From: Candidatus Poribacteria bacterium | GTDB lineage: Bacteria > Poribacteria > WGA-4E > WGA-3G | Reading direction: 5' to 3' | NCBI GenBank assembly: GCA_003635315.1 | Contig: PYJD01000040.1 | Span: forward strand, 65,276 to 129,275 | DNA length: 64,000 nucleotides | Shown here: positions 1 to 8,087 of the stretch, piece by piece | Layout of the letters: every line of letters begins with the position of its first letter | Numbering within the stretch: the first letter of the stretch is position 1 | Made by a program: the position numbers and the translations under genes | Notes under the pieces: model-generated | Seen by the model: only the letters and a program-made list of their open reading frames with translations | Told to the model about the DNA's origin: nothing | Database searches by the model: none

Positions 1-111
1 CGGCAAGAAAATCACGGACGATGTTCGCACCCATAATCGTCTCACCTGTTACCAAACCTATATATTCTGAGATTTGTCTGCCTTCAATCGAATTTGTTGT
101 CGTCGTAATCA

Positions 112-1221
112 TTATTGTGCTTTCCCTCTTGCAGAGATATCCCAACAACATTCAACAATGTCATCTCGGATTCCATAAGACCTATCATGTAAATTTACAG
201 TTGTGCAACAGTGAGTAGGTAATATTTCAAGCTTATCTCCAGGCTTTAAGTTATTATCACCATTGGATACCTGTATTTTCCCATGTTCCTCGGATAATCC
301 TACCAATTCAAGATGCGGGAAACCAATTGGTTGGGGATTACCAAACTCTGTTGTTAATACTTTCATTCCTGAATCAACAATAATACGGTCCTGCTGTGGT
401 CGACTTACAACTGTCGTAAGAAGGGATAATGCGTAATCGAAATTCTCACCGATTCCTTCCACTCCATTGTAGGTTGAATCCATAAACACATAGGAACCTG
501 CCTGTATTTCTGTCATTTCAGGGATGCGACTTGTTATATCAAATGTACCAGTTCCACCCCCACTCATTATTTTTACAGGTATACCGTTTTTCTCAAGTAA
601 TTCCATAGAATCAACAAGATGTTGCATATCCTGTTTTACTGCTTTTTCTCTATCAGCACGGTTGGTTCTGGCTACTATATGACCTTCATACCCCATCAAC
701 CCTTCAAATTCTAAGTTTGGACGTTTACATATTTTTTGTGCTAATTCCAGAGTAGCTTGTCCGGGTTCAACGCCACATCGGTTCATACCAATGTTTACTT
801 CGATAAGTATCCTTACAACCACGCCAGCAGCTTGAGCTGCATCTGAAATATTCTGCACATTATCAAAGTTATCAACGGCAACCATTATTTCAGAATTTTT
901 CGCAACATTTATTAGTCTCGAGATTTTCTGAGTACCAATTATTTGGTTTGCTATCAATACATCTCGTATTCCTGAGTGGACTACCTCTTCTGCTTCACCT
1001 AACTTGGCACATGTGATACCAATTGCCCCCGCATCCATCTGTTTTTGCGCTATAATTGGGGTTTTATGGGTTTTTAAATGTGGTCTCAGATCCGTTGAAA
1101 TAGAAGAAAAATAGTCTGCCATATTCTGGATATTTCTTTCCAATATATCCAGATCAATTAATAGGGCAGGTGTATCCAATTCAGTTTTGTGTTTTCCAAC
1201 AAAATATTCAGTATCTGACAT
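112..1221 (-). CDS. PLP-dependent D-serine dehydratase-like / D-threonine aldolase (DSD1, alanine-racemase-fold) family enzyme
   Basis: 369-aa ORF with alanine-racemase N-terminal-like fold. N-terminal '[10 protein letters not shown]' matches the PLP-lysine motif (PHxKTHK) of the DSD1/D-threonine aldolase family. Confidence 0.7.
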   Translation of the reverse strand: MSDTEYFVGKHKTELDTPALLIDLDILERNIQNMADYFSSISTDLRPHLKTHKTPIIAQKQMDAGAIGITCAKLGEAEEVVHSGIRDVLIANQIIGTQKISRLINVAKNSEIMVAVDNFDNVQNISDAAQAAGVVVRILIEVNIGMNRCGVEPGQATLELAQKICKRPNLEFEGLMGYEGHIVARTNRADREKAVKQDMQHLVDSMELLEKNGIPVKIMSGGGTGTFDITSRIPEMTEIQAGSYVFMDSTYNGVEGIGENFDYALSLLTTVVSRPQQDRIIVDSGMKVLTTEFGNPQPIGFPHLELVGLSEEHGKIQVSNGDNNLKPGDKLEILPTHCCTTVNLHDRSYGIRDDIVECCWDISARGKAQ

Positions 1222-1231
1222 CTTAGTTCTA

Positions 1232-2185
1232 TTAAAGTTGTTTTACAGGATTTGATAATATGCCGAATCCATCGATTTCTATTTTTACAATATCTCCCTG
1301 AGCAAGTGGAAGGTCGTTAGGTACGATAATTCCTGTACCAGTTGTAACCACTGTACCAAAAGGAATAGGGTTATCACGCATAAGGAACTCAGAAAGTTGT
1401 TCAAATTTCCAATTAATTTGGGAAGTGTTTACCTTTCCTACAAATATCTCTTTCTCCTCACGAACTATACTACATTTCATATCAAGATTGTACGGGTCAT
1501 CTACCTCAGAGGGTGTAATGAACATCGGACCAAGAGCACAACATCCAGCATATACTTTCGATTGCGGTAGATATAGCGGGTTGTCGCGTTCTATATCCCA
1601 AGCAGAAACATCGTTGCAGAGAGTATAACCTAAAATCTCGCCATCCATCCCAAGTATATATGCAAGTTCTGGTTCCGCTGCTGTCAGATTCGAATCACTC
1701 CGTATACCAATATATCCATTGGGACCAACACATCGAGGCGGGGTTGCTTTGAAGAATATCTCAGGTCTATCAGCATGATAAACGCGACTGTATATATCCT
1801 GTTCGCTATCGTCATCACGCATATCTGCACTTCGTTTATATGTAACACCACAACCCCATACTTCCGGGGAATCAATTGGTGACAATAAGTGGGGCAAGTC
1901 ATCTGTAGGAGGTATATCCAGTTTATCTAAAGTTAATCCACCATCTTCTATCGATTCTGCGTCTGCTCTCGGGTTCGTTGGAAATCTGATGGGTGTAGGT
2001 GTAGAAGTCTGTTCCTGTATATCTGCAAGCAACACACCTAAACTAACTCGTTCTTTATTAGCAAGTTCAAGAATCTCTAATACGCCGGGGGATTCATCGC
2101 TTGTAACATCTATTACTTCATTTTCGCGGGTTACAATTCCTACCCGTTTTCCTGAATTAGGCAGATGAAATTGGATCAGTTTCAT
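1232..2185 (-). CDS. fumarylacetoacetate hydrolase (FAH) family protein
   Basis: 317-aa ORF. The C-terminal 'GTVVTTGTGIIVPN...GDIVKIEIDGFGILSNPV' is typical of the FAH-fold hydratase/decarboxylase family. It lies tandem with the DSD1-like gene. Confidence 0.7.
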   Translation of the reverse strand: MKLIQFHLPNSGKRVGIVTRENEVIDVTSDESPGVLEILELANKERVSLGVLLADIQEQTSTPTPIRFPTNPRADAESIEDGGLTLDKLDIPPTDDLPHLLSPIDSPEVWGCGVTYKRSADMRDDDSEQDIYSRVYHADRPEIFFKATPPRCVGPNGYIGIRSDSNLTAAEPELAYILGMDGEILGYTLCNDVSAWDIERDNPLYLPQSKVYAGCCALGPMFITPSEVDDPYNLDMKCSIVREEKEIFVGKVNTSQINWKFEQLSEFLMRDNPIPFGTVVTTGTGIIVPNDLPLAQGDIVKIEIDGFGILSNPVKQL

Positions 2186-2282
2186 ATTACTCCGAACAAA
2201 CCGCTAAATTCATGAGTTATTATCAATCCATTTAACAGTTTTTTATATGTCAGTAAATTTAATCCTGTTTATTCATTGTACC

Positions 2283-2939
2283 TTATGATGAAGGAACAAG
2301 TGATGATTTCTCAAGATACGAAATGACTTTTTGGGCTGATGCAAGGATATCCAGTTGTGATGTGTCTATCACAACCTCTGGGTCTTCAGGTGCTTCATAA
2401 GGGGCACTGATACCGGTAAATTCCTTGATCTCCCCTGATCGGGCTTTCTTATATAATCCTTTCGGATCACGTTCTTCGCACACATCAAGTGGACAATCCA
2501 CATATACTTCAACAAATCTATTATCCGATAGTAAGTCCCTTGCTTGATCACGATCTGCACGGTATGGTGAAATAAAGGCTGTCATAACAATAGTTCCTGC
2601 ATCTACAAATAATTTTGCCACCTCACCTACTCGACGTATGTTTTCTTCTCTATCCTCTGGAGAAAAACCTAAATTCTTGTTCAGTCCATGTCGTACATTA
2701 TCACCATCTAATACATAGGTATGATGGTCGCGTTTGTGTAATAGATGTGCTACTACGTTTGCCAATGTTGATTTTCCTGAGCCTGATAATCCTGTAAACC
2801 AAATTACACAACCCCTTTGGTTGAGTAGTTGTTCTCTATCTTTCATAGAGACGGTCGTTTCATGCCAAGTAATGTTAGTTGCTTTCAGTTCTGCCAATCG
2901 ACTTTTCCTCGTAAAATAATGATAGATTATTGTAGGCAA
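2283..2939 (-). CDS. cysC: adenylyl-sulfate (APS) kinase
   Basis: 218 aa. It has the '[16 protein letters not shown]' P-loop and the 'NITWHE' N-terminal motif characteristic of CysC. Confidence 0.9.
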   Translation of the reverse strand: MPTIIYHYFTRKSRLAELKATNITWHETTVSMKDREQLLNQRGCVIWFTGLSGSGKSTLANVVAHLLHKRDHHTYVLDGDNVRHGLNKNLGFSPEDREENIRRVGEVAKLFVDAGTIVMTAFISPYRADRDQARDLLSDNRFVEVYVDCPLDVCEERDPKGLYKKARSGEIKEFTGISAPYEAPEDPEVVIDTSQLDILASAQKVISYLEKSSLVPSS

Positions 2940-3182
2940 TATACATTATATAATTCTCTTTGATAATCACATCCTGTATAAGTACATTTGATGTATAAGT
3001 ATACCAGATTGAATTGGGATGTGCAAACTATATTTGAGAGTATTCAATAGTAATTATCAGAGCGACTTAAGGAGTTCTCGTAATGTGAACTGATCATATA
3101 GAACTTAGTGCTAAAAACCCTCTATTTTATTAGTTTTTCGGTCTTTACATATGTGATAATTATACTTCATATCGTTAAAAAT

Positions 3183-3212
3183 GTTACACTTTTTGACACA
3201 TTGTGTGTCATT
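3183..3212. promoter_or_regulatory. repeat-family core motif site 1 (palindrome TGACACA-ttg-TGTGTCA plus GTTACAC), minus orientation, 244 nt upstream of the cysC start
   Basis: The sequence 'gttacactttttgacacattgtgtgtcatt' is identical over 35 nt to the site at 38899. It is the reverse complement of the core inside the 400-nt repeats. It also contains TTGACA. Confidence 0.5.
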
Positions 3213-3542
3213 AGTAAAACGGTTGTCCGCCCTGTCACAGTCTGCGTTCATCGGTGTTTTTTTAGAAGAATTGAAATTCTTATATTGAGTGATTTTGTGT
3301 CCTTCTTCTTTTTTATTTCTTTAATTTTTGTGACTATCTGATACAGACATTTTAATACATTTTCTAAATGATAATATCTCATCATTGGAACATAACCTTT
3401 TAGGGTGTATCCTATTAGATGACATCCGCAAAAACCATCTATGCAGCTGTTTTTCTCAGAAATAGTATAGGTGATGCTGTTTTTGTTTTTAAGATTAATT
3501 TGAAAGTATTGGATAGTCATAATATAGATTCTCTATTTATGT

Positions 3543-3569
3543 AAAAAGTTACGAAATCGTAACTTTTTT
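3543..3569. terminator. bidirectional intrinsic terminator-like hairpin (A-run, 7-bp stem GTTACGA/TCGTAAC, T-run)
   Basis: 'aaaaaGTTACGAaatTCGTAACttttt' is a perfect hairpin flanked by A5 and T6 in the gene-free region. Confidence 0.4.
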
Positions 3570-4540
3570 CTGTCACCTCAATTTTAGTATAGTCGCTGTT
3601 AGGTCTGTCCCCATCTATGTTTACAGCCAATTTACGAATTTCTGTAAAAAAAATAAAAAAGTTCTCATGATAGTTTTCTTAACACTTTATTTCCTTATAA
3701 TGATGTGTGAGATTAACATTTGTATATCTGTGTATATTTTTTAATCATATTGGTTTGTATTCTATTTAGTATTAGTATTCGTATAATATTTATTCTCTAT
3801 ATGTTATTGTAACGTATATTTACTCTTGTGTCAATCTCTTTTCGTATATGTGATGTCTGTATTTTAAAATTCTTCAATTTATTTTTTAAAACTACGAAGA
3901 AATTATAACGTCAATCTTTAGAAGGATTATTTTCGTAGAATCTGCATGAGTATTCTATAATCCTAACGCATCACTGCCAACACACTCTTCTCAGCGTCAG
4001 AATAGGGCGGTGGTGCGTCTCAGATCTTACCATAGGCGTCAATTCACGGATTCTTCAATCATATTTGTGTGATTTATACTCCTCTTGTAGGGAATCAACG
4101 CAGCATGCACCTATGGCATGCTGCGGGTAGAGGAACGGAACCCGCCACCCCAAAAATCAACACTAAACAAAACCACTCACCAAACACCACCCCCTCTTTT
4201 CCGCGTTGTCTACAAAATCCGCAATTCAGAAAACAAACAAAAAACCTGATACATAAATAAAAAATAAATTGAACAAAACCCAACCACAAACAACTAAATA
4301 ACATAAGACGAATAAATTCAGCAAATTTACTTGTCAAAATCATATTATATACGTACAATATATATTAACGATTGTTTATTTTAAGTTGATCAGGTTCGTA
4401 GGGTGAGGGTCCCTCGCCCGTTGTTTCAATATATAGCAATGGGCAAGATAAAAGCATCACCAAATATCTGATTTATGAGATATGTTAAACTTAAAAATCA
4501 TAACCTTAAATAAGAAAGAAATAATAAGAGAATTAATGAT

Positions 4541-4942
4541 GACTACCTATAAAAACGATCCTAAATACCACAACTATCTTTATGTCAAAAAATCAACTAT
4601 AATACGTAGGTTGAAATTGTCAAAATTCACAAGGACAACAAAAACACAAAATCACACTTTTTGCAAATTCTTAAAAATCTATTTCAAAGTGGAGTAAAGT
4701 CAGTCTATGACAGAGGTTAGAGGGGTAATTAACACCAATTTCAATGACACAGAATGTGTCAAAAAGTGTAACTTTTTTCACTTTTTCAGCACTTTTTCAC
4801 CACATGGAAAAATCCAACAATTTCACAATTTTTCATTGGGGAATTTAGGATTAAAAGTCTGTTTTTGCACCTTATTAGGTTGACCGTATATTAGGATTAA
4901 AAGTTATATTTACGACTATTAGTTCTAATACAATTTTTTAAC
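4541..4942 (+). repeat. long copy 1 of a roughly 400-nt noncoding repeat family (about 80-85% identical to 46244..46633)
   Basis: Nucleotide-level conservation in blocks (for example a roughly 100-nt block at about 4843-4940 that is about 95% identical) with indels that break any common reading frame. It begins with a conserved RBS and ATGATGACTAyCTAyAAAAACGATCCTAAATAC. It contains core motif 4743..4772. Confidence 0.75.
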
Positions 4943-5039
4943 ATAAAGACTTGTATTTTAATTTGGTTTTATGAGTATAACATGTTATTATTTTAACTAT
5001 AAAAACAAGATTTTATTATAACATTTTTGGAGGTATTTT

Positions 5040-5504
5040 ATGGCAGACAAAGGAAGCGCAGCTCCAGATTTTACTTTATCAGGATCAACAAATCAGGATG
5101 ATACAGAGGTCTCTTTGGGGGACTATAAAGGGAAGAAATTAGTTGTCCTATTTTATCCACTCGATTTCTCTCCAGTATGTTCGGAACAGGTTCCCGATTT
5201 CAATGAAAATTTAGAAGCAATTAAGGCAAAAGGGGCTGACGTAGTTGCAATTAGTCGAGATTCAACTTTTGCACATAAAGCATGGAGTGAAGCCCTTGGT
5301 GGTGTAAATTTTCCACTCCTCTCAGATATGAATCTTGAAGTATCAAAGAAATTTGGAATGGCACTTGAAGATGCAGGGATAACGACTCGAGGTGTGTTTA
5401 TTATTGATCAATCTGGGAATATAGTATTCAAGCATGTTGAAGATGCACCACCCGATAACACATTGACTGCCGAACAGGTTGTTGAAGAACTTGATAATTT
5501 ATAA
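5040..5504 (+). CDS. peroxiredoxin (AhpC/TSA/Bcp family thiol peroxidase)
   Basis: 154 aa. 'FYPLDFSPVCSEQ' is the peroxidatic Cys motif (FTFVCPTE-like). It has a strong RBS 'ggaggtattttATG'. Confidence 0.85.
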   Translation: MADKGSAAPDFTLSGSTNQDDTEVSLGDYKGKKLVVLFYPLDFSPVCSEQVPDFNENLEAIKAKGADVVAISRDSTFAHKAWSEALGGVNFPLLSDMNLEVSKKFGMALEDAGITTRGVFIIDQSGNIVFKHVEDAPPDNTLTAEQVVEELDNL

Positions 5505-5706
5505 GTATTTACGACACCATAGTAGACATGGATAGGTAAATTTAATTATCCGTCCTTCCATTATAACTATGTATGATTTTGTCTAAGACAAAATAGGGGT
5601 AGAACTTCAGTTATATACTGACTTTAAACCCCTATTTCGTCATCATTTCTATACTATCTTATTCTTGACAAACCACCCATCATATAGTATAATTTTTTTG
5701 ATGGGT

Positions 5707-5778
5707 GCGGGTGTAGCTCAGCGGTAGAGCGTCAGCTTCCCAAGCTGAGGGTCGCGGGTTCAATTCCCGTCACCCGCT
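5707..5778 (+). tRNA. tRNA-Gly (anticodon CCC)
   Basis: Acceptor stem GCGGGTG/CACCCGC, D-arm TAGCTCAGCGGTAGAGC, anticodon stem-loop tcagc-TTCCCAA-gctga, T-arm GCGGGTTCAATTCCCGT. No CCA is encoded. Confidence 0.9.
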
Positions 5779-5806
5779 TGTAAGCCATTAAATCATTGAG
5801 GATATC

Positions 5807-6955
5807 ATGTCGCAAAAAAGACGTATAATGAATGAAGAAATTAAACAAGAGGATAAGTTCATTGATCTTGTTCTCGGGTGTTATTCATTCATAAAAGACA
5901 ATGCTAAAATTATTACAATTGTTACTGCAGTCGTAATTGTTGCAGTTGTCGGATATATGGTTTATGATCAGAATCAGAAAACCACCTATGCTAAAGCATC
6001 TGCCCACTATTCTGAAGCTATCACTACATATAAAGATGCTGAGAAGGATTTCTTAGATACATCCGAACCAACTAATGAGACAGAAAATGAAGATGAAACT
6101 GAAAAAACTACATTTCTTGAAGCAGAAGAAAAACTAAAAGCGTTTATTCAGAAATATCCAAATACCATATTTGCTGACAAAGCACAGTACCAATATGCAA
6201 AGTGTCTATACTATCAAGAGAAATATCCTGAAGCACGGAATGAATTTCAGGTCGTTGTAGACAATCATAAATCAGAAAATGAACTAATTGCATTGTATGC
6301 ACAAAAGGCTATCGGAAACTGTTACGAACAAGAAGGAGATTACACTAAAGCCATCTCCGCATATGAAGCAAATTCATTTCCAACAACTTCGAATCTCCCA
6401 CCACAAATTAGACAGTATGTCCTAACTGGCGCAAAATTTAATCAAGCCCTATGCTATGAAAAACTCAATCAAATTGAAGATGCTAAAGTCGCATATCAAG
6501 ATGTTATCGATGAATTTGAAAAAACCATTCAGACTGGATTAGACCAGAAAAGTCATGATTTACTCAATCATGCTAAAGAAGTAATTACAATAATCGAAGA
6601 TGATTTAGACCTAACTGAAGCCACGCAATTAGAGACCCAAGACCTCTCCTTTGATGCCCTTATAGCCTATACAGATACAATACGGAATTATAAGGTATCA
6701 AAGGATATTCAAGATGGTTTGCCAAAAGAAATACGTAAACGTATTAAAATTTACGAAGACTTAGCAACTTCTTTCATTAAAAATGTACAATTAGCAATAG
6801 AAGCAGATAAAATGGGTAGTCGTAGTTCCGCATTAAATAGTTACAATCGTATTACAAATCTTACTGATTTAGGATTAAATAGGAATTTCTATGAACGTGC
6901 CCTTCTAAATTATGACCGACTAAATCTTTCAGCACAAGTGGTGTCAAATGAATAA
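5807..6955 (+). CDS. membrane-anchored tetratricopeptide-repeat (TPR) protein
   Basis: 382 aa. It has an N-terminal TM helix (IITIVTAVVIVAVVGYMVY) followed by TPR-like repeats. It overlaps the downstream PD40 gene by 8 nt (operon). Confidence 0.6.
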   Translation: MSQKRRIMNEEIKQEDKFIDLVLGCYSFIKDNAKIITIVTAVVIVAVVGYMVYDQNQKTTYAKASAHYSEAITTYKDAEKDFLDTSEPTNETENEDETEKTTFLEAEEKLKAFIQKYPNTIFADKAQYQYAKCLYYQEKYPEARNEFQVVVDNHKSENELIALYAQKAIGNCYEQEGDYTKAISAYEANSFPTTSNLPPQIRQYVLTGAKFNQALCYEKLNQIEDAKVAYQDVIDEFEKTIQTGLDQKSHDLLNHAKEVITIIEDDLDLTEATQLETQDLSFDALIAYTDTIRNYKVSKDIQDGLPKEIRKRIKIYEDLATSFIKNVQLAIEADKMGSRSSALNSYNRITNLTDLGLNRNFYERALLNYDRLNLSAQVVSNE

Positions 6956-7955
6956 TTCAAGATATCATATTATACAAACGAAACTTATAAACGCACTTAT
7001 TTTTACTATAGTCTGTTTACTACTGATTCTTCCAGTTAATGTTGACGCACAGCCACAAGGGAGAATCGCCTATGCCGTTTCTGGATTCAATGACAAAGTA
7101 GGTAGATTAGATTTTAATCTCCATATGACAACTTTCACTCCAGATGGTGATTTTAAAACCCTACCCTTAAACCAATCAGGTATGTATCCTGCTTGGGGAC
7201 CTAAAGGGGATACTCTATATTTTATACAACGGGCTGCAACGCAGTCACATGTATATTCTATTAATATCAATAACCCCAGAAATAAAACCAAACACACCCC
7301 TGTTAGTGGAACATATCGTTTTTTAGCTGTATCACCCAATGGTAAAAAGTTGGCTTTTAATGGGTGGACGAATGAACAAAGACAACAGGATAACCAGATT
7401 TGGATTCTTGATATTGCTTCCGGGGAAATGGAAGTTATGACGCAAATCCCTCATTTTGGTAGATCCTTCTTTTTTTGGGGTATTACATGGTCACCAAATA
7501 GTAAACAACTCGCTTTCTCCTTGGAAAGATCTGGTGGGTTAGAACAGTTATACATATTAGATACTGAAACAAAGGAAATTGATATTCTAACTGAACTAAA
7601 TATCGATTTCTATCCTGTATGGTCCCCAGATGGAAAGAATATTCTGTTCCGCAGATGGAATAGGGAATTTGATACCCTAACTACTATTGATGTTGAGACA
7701 CGTGCAATCAAACCTTTATTTGATGTTGATAAACAGACCGGTATGTGGACAGATTGGTCATTTGATGGTCAACAAATTATCTATTCTCGATGGGGTGTTT
7801 TTTATCTACACAATATTGAGGATGGTAAAACCGAACAACTGTTTGAAATTGATGGTAGTATCTTCGTAATTTCATGGTGGAAACATGAGGTATTACCTGT
7901 TGAACCCAGACAGAAATTAGCTACAACTTGGGGAGATGTTAAGCAAAGCAATTGA
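6948..7955 (+). CDS. secreted TolB-like PD40 beta-propeller protein with conserved C-terminal LATTWG tail
   Basis: 335 aa. It has a signal peptide, repeated 'WSPDGK/WSPNSK' PD40 blades, and a C-terminus 'VLPVEPRQKLATTWGDVKQSN' shared with the three LamG paralogs. Confidence 0.7.
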   Translation: MNNSRYHIIQTKLINALIFTIVCLLLILPVNVDAQPQGRIAYAVSGFNDKVGRLDFNLHMTTFTPDGDFKTLPLNQSGMYPAWGPKGDTLYFIQRAATQSHVYSININNPRNKTKHTPVSGTYRFLAVSPNGKKLAFNGWTNEQRQQDNQIWILDIASGEMEVMTQIPHFGRSFFFWGITWSPNSKQLAFSLERSGGLEQLYILDTETKEIDILTELNIDFYPVWSPDGKNILFRRWNREFDTLTTIDVETRAIKPLFDVDKQTGMWTDWSFDGQQIIYSRWGVFYLHNIEDGKTEQLFEIDGSIFVISWWKHEVLPVEPRQKLATTWGDVKQSN

Positions 7956-8087
7956 GTGTTCCCATATAAAGAGAATGGAAACTACCCCAGATATAATTCG
8001 TTAGTTTAGTATCATGCCAAATTGTCTCCAAATTTTATTCACTTAGGAGTTTCCTTAATACTATTAGGATAATGAAGGGTTACACCG

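Noticed and set aside
1425-1902. Small ORFs (67 and 72 aa) antisense to or inside the FAH-family gene
   Set aside because: They are fully embedded in a longer, well-supported ORF on the opposite strand. They have low-complexity translations and no RBS.
3108-4358. ORFs of 77, 90, 63 and 87 aa in the 2.1-kb gene-free region
   Set aside because: They are AT-rich Lys/Ile/Phe-biased translations with no convincing RBS and mutually overlapping frames. The region is better explained as noncoding with repeats and hairpins.
4482-4697. 71-aa ORF 'MLNLKIITLNKKEIIRELMMTTYKNDPKY…' and its counterpart at 46244..46426
   Set aside because: The two copies are conserved at nucleotide level, but indels put them in different frames after 11 codons. 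They are not conserved as proteins and are treated as part of a noncoding repeat.
5505-5700. Possible terminator hairpins after the peroxiredoxin gene (TTGTCTaAGACAA; AAATAGGGGT…ACCCCTATTT)
   Set aside because: The stems are present, but no clear U-tract follows them. They are left unannotated as a terminator.
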